Notes under the pieces: generated by a model
Databases searched by the model: none
Told to the model about the DNA's origin: nothing
Seen by the model: the letters and a program-made list of their open reading frames with translations, nothing else
Position numbers and translations under genes: made by a program
Part shown: in pieces, positions 52,470 through 64,000 of the stretch
How positions within the stretch are numbered: position 1 is the stretch's first letter
Layout: each line of letters opens with the position of its first letter
NCBI GenBank assembly: GCA_965240325.2
Contig: OZ251232.1
Coordinates: 1,054,001-1,118,000, forward strand
Origin: Rebecca billardiae RCC1528
Lineage: Eukaryota > Protista > Haptophyta
DNA length: 64,000 bases
Direction: 5' to 3'

Positions 52470-52738
52470 TTATTATTAATAGATCAGATAGATGATATAT
52501 ATATATACCGATAGATATTTAGATAGTCTTAATTAGAAATAATACGGTCCGGTACTCGGTACGGCTTGGGCGATGGAGCTGATGAGCGGCGCTGGGCCCG
52601 TGGCGCCCGCTGCGCTCTTGTCGTCCTGTCTTAGACAATATCAGCATCAGTGATTATATTTAGTACCAATAATTAAACCGGCCTCATCACATCATATATT
52701 AACGACGTGGTATGCAACGGGCAGGCGTATGGCGGGCC

Positions 52739-52740
<2 letters not shown>

Positions 52741-52830
<90 letters not shown>
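52741..52830. repeat. (AT)45 microsatellite
   Basis: 90 bp of perfect AT. Confidence 0.97.
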
Positions 52831-52832
<2 letters not shown>

Positions 52833-53172
52833 CTATACGGTTATTAATGGCCCGCGGTGCAGGGCGGAGCGCGCAGCGTGGAGCCCGCACCAGCGGGCCC
52901 GAACCACGTTTCAAAAAGATCTTTGATCAAGAAAAAAGGGACGGGGGGCGATTTTTAGGGCTGGCGGAGACCGAGTTTCGAGTTTTTGAGATCGCATAGA
53001 GAGGTCTATTAGGCCGAAAATAACCGCGTCCAGCTGATTCCCTTAAGTAAAGTGCGATCTGGACGCCGTCAGCTGGACGTGACATTAGTGTAACGGTTCG
53101 TTACGAGCGCGATTTTAAGTATGAGATTGCCGCCAACCGCCAACCGATAAAAACGGCAAGGCAAGGGCTCGG

Positions 53173-53376
53173 GAAACTTGATCACTTGTAAATGTGAATA
53201 GTAAAATGCTCTCCCCGAGCGCGCCTGTCGCCTCGCAGGCCGCGCGTCTCGCCCTCTCCTCGCTCCGCTCTCCCCGAAACTTGATCACTTGTAAATGTGA
53301 ATAGTAAAATGCTCTCCCCGAGCGCGCCTGTCGCCTCGCAGGCCGCGCGTCTCGCCCTCTCCTCGCTCCGCTCTCC
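53173..53376 (+). repeat. Tandem duplication of a 103-bp unit
   Basis: GAAACTTGATCACTTGTAAATGTGAATAGTAAAATGCTCTCCCCGAGCGCGCCTGTCGCC... starts at 53173 and 53276. Its 3' half also matches ~129-163. Confidence 0.92.
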
Positions 53377-55279
53377 GAGATAGGTGGGCCCACAGCCATT
53401 TAAAAATGAAAACACAATCTCCCTGGCTTTTTCGGACCGCAGCCGTGCTCTTTTTCTCGCGCTGAAGTCCCTTTTTTCCAGGCCGCCAAACTCCCGGTCC
53501 GGGAAGCCGGTCGCTCGCGAAAACGATGACCGGGATCGACCTGTGCGCGTCGTCAGCGCGTTGTCCGCCGCGCTTGCCCGCCTACCATGCGAGGCACGCT
53601 GCGCCGCACGCCCGTGGCATACTGCGTAGCCCTCTGAAACGAGCCATGCGAACGGTTCATCCCTGGGTCATCTTCCCGGTCCGCCATCTCTCGCCGACAG
53701 TCGCGCGTTCAAACACCGGAACAGCTTTGAGGATTGTAATGCGTGCACAACGCGAGCTTGGGACGCACTCGAATCAACTCGGACACTCCGGAGCGTTACT
53801 CGGACAGCATATGCATGGTATCCTGGCAAGGCCCAGCTACTTCTGTGGCCCTGCGGAGACCCGCCTCGTCGGTCAGGTCCCCGGAAGTCTGCGCGGTGTG
53901 ACCGAACGCTGTGGCTATTCACATGATCGTGGGCACTTGGGGAAGGATCTGATGGTCAAACAGCGGTCAAAGTGGATGCGTGTGCCGTCTGTTACCTCCC
54001 CGGCCTCGACTCAACTCTCAGTGCCGACGCACCTCAGGTGTTTGGAAGCTACGAGCCCCTTGGAGGGCCTCGAGCCACACGATTGCACGAGGTCGGGCTG
54101 CGCGTCAAGCCGGGTAGATCGCAGCTGATGCGCTTGTTGAGCCCTGTCGTGGCTCTACGCGTACCTCAAGAGCCCAGCTACTCCCCCCGCGCGGCCGCAC
54201 AGCAGTCGCCCCGCCTCTGCTTGGTCATCCGCTGTGCGCCGTGCTCGCTGCGGACAGTACAGTTGATGCGTTCACCAGTGATTTGAGCCCTTCGTGAGCC
54301 TGCCCGAGGACGTTGGTGGCGCCGCCGACGCCGGTGCACGGTCAGCAGGCGTATCAGCTTACCTGCGAGCCATGTCTCGCCCTGCTGCCACGCAGGAAGC
54401 GGTGATGAGTGCACATCGCTACGCGCGCGCGCGCACCACGGCGAGCCAGCTCGGCGCTGCGACGAAGCGGCCGTTGCGCACAGTTAGGCAAAGGACGGTC
54501 AAGCTGAGGACAGCTCGGACACAGCTTGGTCGCAGTGTAGAGCAACGGTTAGGTCGGGGCATGAGAATAGGCGTTCGATGCATAGCAGTGCCTGCCTTGA
54601 ACGCCACAGATGAGCTCTCGACGAACCTTGTCCGCCGTGTTTACGCTGCGGGCTGCTGGATGGGCCCGGCGCCGCGTGCACCACTCCTGCTTGCCTTGAC
54701 CACGGCGGGCGGGCTGGCGCCGCGACTCGGTGCGGCTCAATCTTTGCCCACGGCTCCTTAAGACTCATCCTTCGAGGGTAGAAGGGTTGGAAAAATTCTT
54801 AGGTGTCACATGCACGCCGTACGGCTGCTACGAGAGCAGTCTGAAACAGTCTGAAATACTATGGCAGCCATGCTGATCAGCATGGCGGTGTATATGTAAC
54901 GCACGGGTGTAACGGCCGTTATCCCGTATTCTCACAGTGCCCATATACGCCGTATATGTGACAATGGGTGTGCATGCTGCTGAAGACCTATGATCAGCTC
55001 ATCAAAGTGCTATATCAAAGTGACGTCTATCGACCCTATATATCACGTTTAAGACGCCCGTTACATGGCCGTTACATTGGTCACAGGCCATTTCCAATAA
55101 GTAAACAGGACCACCGTTACTCCCTATATTTACAGCATGTACCACTGGTTTTTTAACCAGGCAGGCCAGGGGCCATCTCCTGGGGCTGGAATCCAGCTCG
55201 AGACGAAAGTAAACATCGCGCTATGAGCTCGCGCTCTGCGTCACTATAATCCCACAGTGGCCAGTGGGCCCACCTAGGC

Positions 55280-56392
55280 CTCTCCCCGAGGCTGGGCTCG
55301 CGGCCCGCCTGTCACCTCGCAGGCGCGCGCCACGGACACATGCGCGACGAGATCGCGGCGGGGGCGGCGAGATCGCGGCGGGGGCGACGGGCAACAACCT
55401 GCCCGCGGGCGCGTTCGTCACTCGAGGAGCAGCGCGCAAGGGCGAGCCGAGTCCGGAGCACGCGAGCTCGTCGCTCGCCGACCGGAGCAGAGCGCGCCGC
55501 CCGCCGCCGCCGAGCGAGCGGCGCGGCAGAGCTGATGAGCCGGATGCGCCCGGAGCTCGCGCGGCTGAAGGGCGAGCTCGAGCACGCGAGCTCGCGCCTC
55601 GACGCCGAGCCCGAGCTCCTCCTCAACTCAGTCGACGGCGGCGCGGAGGTCCGGCAGCAGCGTGAGGACTCACACGGCGGAGGAGGCGGCGGGCGAGCAC
55701 GGCGGCGCGGTGGAGCAGGCGCGCACGCGCGGCGGCAGGCGCGACGCGCCGCTCGCCTCGTTCCACCGCCCCGAGCTCCGCTCGGTCGGTCCGTCGGTGC
55801 GCGGCTGCGCCTCAGCCGGCAGGCCGGCGGGCCAGCAGTCTGCAGTGGCGCGCGCTCTCGCTCTGCCGGCACGAGGCGTGCCGGCTGAGCGACCAGCGGC
55901 CCGTCGTCGAGCGCATGGCGCAGGGCGAGTACCTCAAGCAGGTGCGCCCGCTCGCGCGCACGCGCCGGCTCGCGACCAGCGGCCCTTCGTCGAGCGCATG
56001 GCGCAGCGCGAGCACCTTGCAAGCTGAAGCAGGTGCGCCCGCACGCGCGCACGCGCCGGCCCGGCGCCGCGCGGCGCCTCTCGCCCTCTTGCCCTGCGCG
56101 CGCCGCCGCCCCGCTTCCCCGCGCGGCCCCGGTCCGCGCCTCTCGCCCTGCGAGCGCGCCGCCCCGCTTCCCCGCGCGGCCCGTCCGCTGGTGTCCCATG
56201 CCACCCTTGGCCGTGCGCGCCCGCATACTCGCGCCGAGTCCGAGACTCGGTCTCGGGTCTGACTCTCCCTCTCAGAGTGGCTGAACTGTCTTTCTGACTC
56301 GGACTGACTGACTCGTCAGTCTCATTCTCAACCACTGCGCCGCGGGCCCCGAACTACGTTGGTTCTACGGAAAAGGACCGCGGACCGCGGTC
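55280..56392 (+). repeat. Dispersed ~1.1-kb repeat (copy 2) with internal duplication and terminal palindrome GACCGCGG-A-CCGCGGTC
   Basis: Homologous to 120-1160; see copy 1. Confidence 0.8.
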
Positions 56393-56405
56393 ATAATACT
56401 GCTAC

Positions 56406-57330
56406 CTATCGGTAAAATCTAATAAAACTGTGCCCTGGCGGGCGGGGGGGTCGGCGGGCCGTGCCAGTGCTGTCGCAATGTTTCCTCTGCGGGTTCGCGT
56501 CTTCATCCACATTCGCTCGTGGCCGTGGGCGACGGACAGTCCGAGGGCGAGGACCAGTGACACCTGAAGGCTGAAGTTCTCCCACGTGTACACGTCTGTA
56601 CTCTGTGCGCATCAACGAGGCCCACACCCACGAGGGAATGTGCAGCACGCGGGGCGGGGAGGGTAGCCCGTTGCTCCGCGCGAGCGCGGGTACGCGCTGT
56701 ATGTGCCGCATCTCGACCGCGATGGCGTAATCGAGCGCCTCGCAGCCGACGAAGCCGCCAGAGTAGATCGTGTGCATGTCCTCCTGACGCCAGCCGAGAG
56801 CGGTCGTCGCGAGGATGCTTGCCGATGTCCGCTCCGGGCATGATGGGCTCGGCGCAGGTCGCGTTGATGTCGTACACGGCCGCCACGCTGAGCACGAGCG
56901 CGTTGACGTTCATGCGGTCGTCGCTCTTCGCATCTTCGACAGGTCTGGCGCTCACGTACTCGGCGGCACGAGGAGCTGTTGGTTGTGCGCGCGCGCGCGC
57001 ACAGCGACAGCGTGTGCCACTCGCGATCGAGAGTGGGCACGAGCTGCTCATGCGGGCACACGAATCGCAGCGCATCCGTCACCGGCGTGACGACTTCCGC
57101 CTCGTCCCGCAGCGCCTGCGCCATGGACGAGGATGGCGCGGCGATGTTTCATCTCTCTGCGGATGGCATCACGGGCTTGTCTGTGTCGCGCTGCGGCGAG
57201 GGTCGCCAATTCGCGAAGGCGCGGCTGCTGCCTTGGCGACAGACCCGGGAGGTGCGTCCGCTGCGCGTCGTACGCCGTTGGCGCTGCGCTTCCGTCGCAT
57301 TGGTCACCGTCGACGCCATGCAGGCCGGAC
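56406..57330 (-). pseudogene. Frameshifted coding relic, possibly transposon-derived (weak Ulp1/C48-protease-like segment)
   Basis: Protein-like segments in three successive frames: QALRDEAEVVTPVTDALRFVCPHEQLVPTLDREW, VEDAKSDDRMNVNALVLSVAAVYDIN, and IYSGGFVGCEALDYAIAVEMRHIQ..RVLHIPSWVWASL. Confidence 0.35.
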
Positions 57331-57841
57331 GTGGGCTTCGGCTGAGGGACCGCGACAGCAGTCCGGTGCGCGGAAACATTCCGGCGATCGAGTTCAGGGG
57401 GCCGCGCCAAATCTTGCGTCGCGTGCGATGGCGCTTCCCGCCCGCGAGACACCTCGTGATGAGGGCCTTTCCGCACCGAGCCCGACACGCGGCGGTGGAT
57501 CGCGCGGAGTGGCTGTCGTGCGCAGCGCGTGATGGTGTAGCCGGTGCGAGCGCTCGACGTGCAAGTCGGGCGAGGACCGTCCCAAATCGCACGATCGTGG
57601 CGACGCGCCGAGCGTACCTCCAGACGCGTTGACTTTGGCCCTCGTTCGACCTGCACGCGAGACGACGAGGACAGCAATCGCGAATCGGGCGAAAACACCC
57701 TCCGGGAATCCCCGCGCGATGTCCGCGCCGGCGTTGGATTTGGCGCGCGCCACCCATGCGCTCCGCGCCATCCAGGAACCCTTTTTCGGCCGAGCGTCCC
57801 CAGTGGGAGCTGCGAGGGCGCCCGGTAGTGAGCTCCCCCCC

Positions 57842-60800
57842 CCAAGACGGGCCCGGCCCGTGATGTGCGCAGCGGAGGCGCGCGGTCGAAGTCGCGCTTT
57901 CGCCGCGTCTGAAAAAGCGCCGTGGTACCTTTGCGCGCGCTGCGCGCCACTGGGCGCACGGTGGCGGCTGCGCGCCGCCGCGCGGGCCGCAGCCTCGCGG
58001 CCACTGGCGCCACCGCGAGGCCGCGCGCTCGGGCTGGGCGGGCTGCCAGCCGCGCGTAGGAGCCCGCCGCGCGCGCTCGGCCCGGCTCGCGGCCTACTCG
58101 CCGCCCGTACGCTCGGCACGCGGCCGGCGCGACCTGGGCGGCGCGGCGCGCGAGGTTCGCGCGCCCGCTCGCCGGGCGCGTGAGCGAGTCGGGCGCGTTC
58201 GGTCGGCAGCGCCTGGGCGAGCGTGTCCGTCACGGGCTGTAGCGAGCCGGGCTTCCTCGCCTCGACGCCCGAGGCGGTGCGCCGCGCGCGTTCTGTGCCG
58301 GTCTGCGGCGGCGCAGCGGCTGCGCTCGCGCACGGACGGCCGCTGGGCTTGGATGGGCGCTCTCGAGCGCGTTTGGCGGCGGATCCCGCGCGGAGGGCTG
58401 GGGCAGGCACGGCAGTCCGCTCTGTCCGCGCCAAGCCCGCCTCGTGACGGAGGCCTTGCCCATCGACCGCTCGCGCGCCTCGCCGCCGGCGCTCGACCGG
58501 AGTCGGGCGTGGGCCGCACGCGCCGCGCGCGCCGCGCGCCCGCCCGGTCGGCCCATGAAGGCGATGCGACGTGCTCTTCACTGTGCCTGGCTCCCGCGTG
58601 CGCTGGCTGGCCGCACGCTTTCCTGGACGTTGCCTTTGGCGCGCCTCGCTCCAGCATGCGCGTGTGTGTCGCTGTGCACGCCGTGGGCACAAGTCAGAAG
58701 TGTAGCGCAATCGTGAGCGGCGCTTAGCCTGCGGGCTACGTATGCAGCTTGCCCCGTGCCTGATATATCGCTGGGCACGCGAGAGGCTATGCCACACACA
58801 TCCATGTATGCGCCAGTAGATAGCACGTGGCTACGTCCAACACGTCTAGGCGGAAGGTCGGGTGAGTCTAACAACTGAGGCGGCGACCCGAATACCTAAC
58901 AACATCGACGGCCAGGCCCGTCGTGGTGTCACGTCAGCTGAGACTCTCTGGCTGACAGGTCAGAGCCGCCATCACCGATGCCGTGCCCGCGTCGATGCGG
59001 CTAGGCACACGACCGAGCGAACATGCGCCATCACGGTGTGCCCGAGGCAGGCCCGAGGCAGCCCACCATGCTGGCCAACATCATCTCGGGCTCGGCATCC
59101 AGGACGGCAGTTGCTGGCCGAGCAGGCACGCGCCGGCCCATAGTGTGCTCGCAAGTTTGCTCGGCCCATAAGGCGCTTCCTCCCGAGGTCGAGATCGTGG
59201 TGGGCCACCAGCTGTGCGCGCCGGCCAACCTTGCCTCAAACGCCAAGCGCAAGCAGCTCGCCATCTGCTGCCGCGGCAGAGGCGCGCTGAGTGCGCCAGC
59301 CAGCCTGTGTGACCGTCTGACAGACCAAGGCATCATCGGTGACTGCTCGTGTAGCCGTGCCATCCAGAGTGCAATTCAGTGGGGCGAGCTGCTGCTGGTC
59401 AGGCGGCAGAGGCTGTGCCCCGTGTCACACGCGGACGTCGCAGTGCGAGAGAGCACGCCGAGGCGGCGCTGCAGGTAGCGAGAGCGGTTGAGAATCATGC
59501 CCGACTGACACTGCTGCCCGCATGGTCAGCCTTGCTTGCTGGAAGGGCTGGCTGCAGGTGCCACCCAGCCCGCCGGCCAGCCAACCGTCGTCGCCACCAC
59601 CATCGCCGCTGGCATACCCGCCGCCACCACTGCCAACATCTCCGCCGCTACGCCCGCCGCGTAGAACGCTGCCGTCGCCGCCGCCAGGCCCGCCACCGAG
59701 CTCGCAGCCAAGCCCGCAGCCATCACCGCCACAGTTGCCCCCTCCTCCCAGTCCGCCGCCGAGCCCACCGCGGATCCCACCACCATCGCTACCACCATCA
59801 CCGCCAGCGTCGTCACCACCTAGTCCACAGCCGTCATCACCGTCATCATCACCGCCCAGTCCGCCGCCGATCCCAGAGCGTCGTCGCCGCCATCGACTCT
59901 GCCGCCATCGCCGCTGCCCAGCCAGTCCAGTCTCGCGCGGTCATCGCAGTATTCAAGCTCAACGGTCGACACTACATCAGCAGGCCGGGTGGTGGTCCCA
60001 GGTGCGCATGGCAACGGGTGTCAAGCAGCGTCGTCCGCTCAACAGGTGTACGTTCCCTACATCCGTGCTGCTGCTCGGGCTCTGGCGAGTCTGGCAGAGC
60101 TGTCGGCACTGCACACGCGCGGACTCGCGCACTACAGCGTCTATGTGCAGCACTGCTGAGTGAACAGCGCGCACACAGCCATGGGCACGGCATGCCTAGC
60201 ACGGCCGTGAGACGGGCGTGCGCGGCTGCGCTCGGGCGGCCCAGGCTGCATCAACTGCGCATGTCGCTCGCCAACACTCTAGCTGGGCCTGCTAGCTCAG
60301 CTTGTGCACATGCGCAGCCGGTGCTCAGTCGGCTCGGCACAGTCACTGCTATGGGCGATAGCAGCGCTTTGTGCCCTGCTGTGCCAAGGTCAGCGCAGCT
60401 GTGGGCTCATTGGGCGCGGACAGCAGCATGCGCCGCGCGCCGCATGTCTGTGAACGCTGCCAGCTAGCGCACTCAAAGGGCAGCAGCCAGTGGTCATGAC
60501 TGCAGCAGGAGGGCACTCCTCCAGCACCGCAGGCATAAAGACGCATGAGCGCTGAGCATGGCGAGAAACGAGTGCGACAGCCTGAGCAGAGATGCCAGCT
60601 GAAAGGTAGGCTGCTGCAACTGCATTGCCCTCGCGTGCCGCCAGATGCCGCGCCACCTTCGTGGGCCGACCGGGCGCGCGCGCGGCCCGCGCGGCGCGTG
60701 CGGCCCACGCCCGACTCCGGTCTAGCGCCGGCGGTGAGGCGCGCGAGCGGTCGATGGGCAAGGCCTCCGTCACGAGGCGGGCTGGGCGCGGACAGAGCGG

Positions 60801-61374
60801 ACTGCCGTGCCTGCCCCAGCGCTCCGCGCGGGATCCGCCGCCAAACGCGCTCGAGAGCGCCCATCCAAGCCCAGCCGCCGTCCGTGCGCGAGCGCAGCCA
60901 CTGCGCCGCCGCAGACCGGCACAGAACGCGCGCGGCGCACCGCCTCGGGCGTCGAGGCGAGGAAGCCCGGCTCGCTACAGCCCGTGACGGACACGCTCGC
61001 CCAGGCGCTGCCGACCGAACGCGCCCGACTCGCTCACGCGCCCGGCGAGCGGGCGCGCGAACCTCGCGCGCCGCGCCGCCCGGGTCGCGCCGGCCGCGTG
61101 CCGAGCGCACGGGCGGCGAGTAGGCCGCGAGCCGGGCCGAGCGCGCGCGGCGGGCTCCTACGCGCGGCTGGCAGCCCGCCCAGCCCGAGCGCGCGGCCTC
61201 GCGGTGGCGCCAGTGGCCGCGAGGATGCGGCCCGCGCGGCGGCGCGCGGCCGCCACCGGTGCGCCCAGTGGCGCGCAGCGCGCGCAAAGGTACCACGGCG
61301 CTTTTTCAGACGCGGCGAAAGCGCGACTTCGACCGCGCGCCTCCGCTGCGCACATCACGGGCCGGGCGTCTTGG
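57842..61374. mobile_element. Non-autonomous element with ~720-bp inverted arms (57842-58561 and 60656-61374) enclosing 2.1 kb that includes a Ser-Pro gene fragment
   Basis: The arms are reverse complements with scattered substitutions (GCCCGGCCCGTGATGTGCGCAGCGG... and ...CCGCTGCGCACATCACGGGCCGGGC). The track shows near-identical ORFs on opposite strands (58223/60770, 58444/60390). Confidence 0.85.
59555..59925 (+). pseudogene. Decayed (Ser-Pro)n coding fragment
   Basis: VPPSPPASQPSSPPPSPLAYPPPPLPTSPPLRPP..., with many Pro-to-Leu/Ser/Gln changes and no flanking domains. Confidence 0.6.
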
Positions 61375-61683
61375 CCCCCAGTGGGGGGGGAGAGCGAGGC
61401 GATTTCCTTTTCTTGGCGAGGCGATTTTCTTTTTCCTTTTCTTTTCCTTATCTTTTTCCCGGGCACTACAAGGGGCGGACCTACGGCCCGCCATACATGA
61501 TGCCTGCTATGTCGTATCATACTCACTGCCGCGATGACGTCACATGTTGTCGTCGCGTCACTTAGTCGTGCACGAAACGCAGATCGAAGTCGCGCGCTGC
61601 AGTCAGACTCCGCAGTGCTCCGATGACTGCTGCGGTACTGGTAGCTGCCACTCTGGGACGGTGCGGGTCGTCCGGGTGGCTCA

Positions 61684-63003
61684 TTAGCTGCCCCCGTGAC
61701 TGTCAGCAGATGGCGGGCCCTGACGCGACCGGGCGCCGGACGGCGCCACCTGCGAGTGCGGCCCGAGCAGGTTCATGTCCCACCAGCGCACCTTCTCCGC
61801 GTGTGTCGCTGCGGTGAACTCACACAAACGCCTCAGTGGCAGCGCCTGCACATAACGCACAGCCAACCTCTTCAGCTGCTTGAAGCTGATACGCGGCTTG
61901 ATCGACCCCACTCGGCACGCGCGCACCGCAGCGTGCAGGTCGGGCTGCATCCACGCGCCCTGCCCCATGCCGACCAGCCGGTTGAGTCGCAGATCTTCAC
62001 CTGGTTCCTTGAGGGTGTGCCGCTCGCTGCGCGCGCGCACGAGTGAGCTGGCGTAGTCCCAGTACTTGAGGGCCGGGTCGGGAAGCGGGGAGAAGAGCAC
62101 TGATGGCACGCCCAGGGCGTCCGAGAAGATGAGGCCGTGCAGCGAGCTCGAGACGACGAGATCACATCCTGCGATGGCCCTCGCAACGTCGGCCGGATCC
62201 TGGTCGTGCCCGATCATCGTGAAGTTAAGCGCGCCGGCGGCCGGCCCGAGAACCGCGTCCCGGCCGTGCACGATGGCGCACAGCCCGCCACCACCGCGCG
62301 CCGTGATGTCGAAGAAGCTGGGGACGAGCACGCGGGCGAACAGCCCAGGATCTCCGAGTGCTGGGGTAGGGCCCCGGAGTGCTGGCTCCAGGGCAGCGAG
62401 CGAGTACCTGCCGCGCACAGCTGCAACGGTGACGTTGCCCTCCTTGAGAATCCGAGCAGCGTGCGCTGCGAGCGGCATTCCTCTGATGCCGGCACCGGCC
62501 ACGACATCTCGCGGGCTGACTGCATCTTCGAGGAGCGAGCCGACCAACAGCAGCTCGCCCGGCGTGCGGTGCTCGGCCTTGCCGAAGGGTGACTGCAATG
62601 GCACGTGCGGCACTGCAGCGCGTGGTTTGCGCAGGATGGCAGCCCACAGGTCGAGGTTGAGATCGTCGCCGAAGTTTCGCCCGTGCCAATGGCTGGTGGG
62701 CTTGCGTGTTGGCGGCGGGACCCAGTGCACCACGGGGGCCGGTGATGCACAGCCACCGGCAGGCAGCTTGTCATCGATCGCCTTGCGGAGCTCGAGCCGC
62801 AAACTCGCGAGAGTTGCGGGACTCGGTCGAAAGCGGTGCACGTCCTCCTCAGCCATGGGAGCACATCGTACGGGCGAGTCGCCGCCGGTCTCAGCGCCGA
62901 TGGTCTCGCTGCTCGTCGGCAATGCCAATGCGATGGCGAACCGCGCGGTGAGCAGCAGCAACGCTGAGAGAGTCATTCGTCCCCCAAACCACACCGAGCC
63001 CAT
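61684..63003 (-). CDS. Polysaccharide pyruvyltransferase family protein (ExoV-like) with signal peptide
   Basis: NFGDDLN, VGSLL, GAGI, VAAVRG..S, LGDPGL, IAGCDLVVSSSLHGLIFSDALGVP, KYWDY. Confidence 0.88.
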   Translation of the reverse strand: MGSVWFGGRMTLSALLLLTARFAIALALPTSSETIGAETGGDSPVRCAPMAEEDVHRFRPSPATLASLRLELRKAIDDKLPAGGCASPAPVVHWVPPPTRKPTSHWHGRNFGDDLNLDLWAAILRKPRAAVPHVPLQSPFGKAEHRTPGELLLVGSLLEDAVSPRDVVAGAGIRGMPLAAHAARILKEGNVTVAAVRGRYSLAALEPALRGPTPALGDPGLFARVLVPSFFDITARGGGGLCAIVHGRDAVLGPAAGALNFTMIGHDQDPADVARAIAGCDLVVSSSLHGLIFSDALGVPSVLFSPLPDPALKYWDYASSLVRARSERHTLKEPGEDLRLNRLVGMGQGAWMQPDLHAAVRACRVGSIKPRISFKQLKRLAVRYVQALPLRRLCEFTAATHAEKVRWWDMNLLGPHSQVAPSGARSRQGPPSADSHGGS

Positions 63004-63104
63004 CGTACAGGGCCCCTTTGGGGGGTTAGGCCCATCCCTGATTTAAGGGCCATTCTTCATTACCCCCCGAGATTGTGTTTGGATATCGCGAGGAGAAAAA
63101 ACTC

Positions 63105-63152
63105 TACAGTTTACTAAGAATAAGAGACGCACACAGCTCAGGCAGGCGAGAT
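63105..63152 (+). repeat. Short dispersed repeat (copy 3, uninterrupted, 48 bp)
   Basis: TACAGTTTACTAAGAATAAGAGACGCACACAGCTCAGGCAGGCGAGAT. Confidence 0.85.
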
Positions 63153-63454
63153 ACAGTAGCGCCGCGCCCAAAATCGACGGACCATCGATCTCAATAGGAT
63201 CTCGACCGATTCGACGCAAGTTGGGACGTGAATACGGATTCGTAAACTCAACTTTCGCCGAACCCACGCCGCAGGCCCCTTGCCGAATCGCTCGCGGCGG
63301 GGTGAAGAACGGCCCTATTAAAACATAGTAAACTGTGCATCCTGCGCAGTGAGTGAGTAACTAGTATTAATCGCAGCCGTGTGTCGCCGGCCCGAAAACG
63401 GATGACGTCAGCCCCTGAGACTTTAGTCGAAGCCGCGGCGCGGTGAGCTTGGCG

Positions 63455-64000
63455 ATGGCGCCCACCGTGGCCGCCGCCGTGGCCGCCCTCGCGCTGCTCA
63501 TGGCGCGCGGCGCGGGCTGCGCGGTGCACGGCCGGATCGAGTGGCTCGACGTCGAGCGCGTGGTGCCACCCAACTCCTCGTGGTGGATCACCAACCCGTG
63601 CGTGGCGCCGTGCGCGAGCGCAGAGACGGGCGGCCGGCTGCCGGGCGTGGCGTGGCTGATGCTCAGCCTGGGCGACGGGCGGGCGTGCATGCGCGGCGGG
63701 AGGGGCGTGGTGAGCGGCACTGACTGCCGCCTTGCCCACCTCGACGGCGAGCGCTCCCTCGCCATCGAGTTCGTCCTCGACGCGCGCGAGCCGACGTGCG
63801 CGGAGGGCGGCGTGTGCCGCGCGCGGGCAGTGCGCACGATCGGCGAGGGGAGCGACCCCAAGGTGTTCTGCGTGGCGGGGCAGCCGGTGGTGACAGTGAC
63901 GACGAAGGCGGGCCTCCTGCTCGACGACTCCGCCGCGCAGCCCCTCATGGTCGCGCGCACGGGCCTGCGCCTCTCGCTGTGGGGCGCGCGCGGCGCCGCG
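63455..64000 (+). CDS. 5' part of a secreted protein running off the window
   Basis: [22 protein letters not shown] signal, then an open frame to the end of the window (WWITNPCV...IGEGSDPKVFCV). Absent from the track because it has no stop. Confidence 0.55.
   Translation, partial: MAPTVAAAVAALALLMARGAGCAVHGRIEWLDVERVVPPNSSWWITNPCVAPCASAETGGRLPGVAWLMLSLGDGRACMRGGRGVVSGTDCRLAHLDGERSLAIEFVLDAREPTCAEGGVCRARAVRTIGEGSDPKVFCVAGQPVVTVTTKAGLLLDDSAAQPLMVARTGLRLSLWGARGAA

Noticed and set aside
52699-52999. IY-repeat ORFs (also the poly-Ile ORF at 1097-1288)
   Set aside because: These are translations of microsatellites.

Overview
A very GC-rich eukaryotic nuclear window. GT-AG introns, Ser-Pro-rich surface proteins and a ClpR with a bipartite plastid presequence point to an alga with a secondary red plastid, most likely a haptophyte (inference). 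The main feature is an apparently intact 13,846-bp endogenous Polinton-like virus (PLV) at 5537-19382. It has 244-bp terminal inverted repeats (5'-AGAGAG...CTCTCT-3') and a near-perfect 6-bp target duplication (CAGGCG/CAGCCG). It encodes major and minor capsid proteins, an A32-type packaging ATPase, a protein-primed PolB with OTU-like and endonuclease VII-like domains, a Tlr6F-like protein, a lipase, a GIY-YIG/T5orf172 nuclease, a LamG fibre-like protein and several orphans. No integrase, recombinase or adenain-type protease is recognisable. Most viral start codons are preceded by a shared AT-rich/TGCGCA-like motif, which suggests transcription by a helper giant virus. Downstream lies a gene for a ~4,600-aa or larger surface protein (LRR, ~1,800-aa Ser-Pro stalk, IPT, REJ, GPS, TM, IQ, EF-hand). 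It is followed by housekeeping genes (ClpR, WBP11, NOB1) and a repeat-rich distal half. That half holds intronless secreted glycan-modifying enzymes, tandem duplications, a long inverted-repeat element carrying a captured gene fragment, and several small dispersed repeats. All calls come from motif reading by eye; no searches were run.
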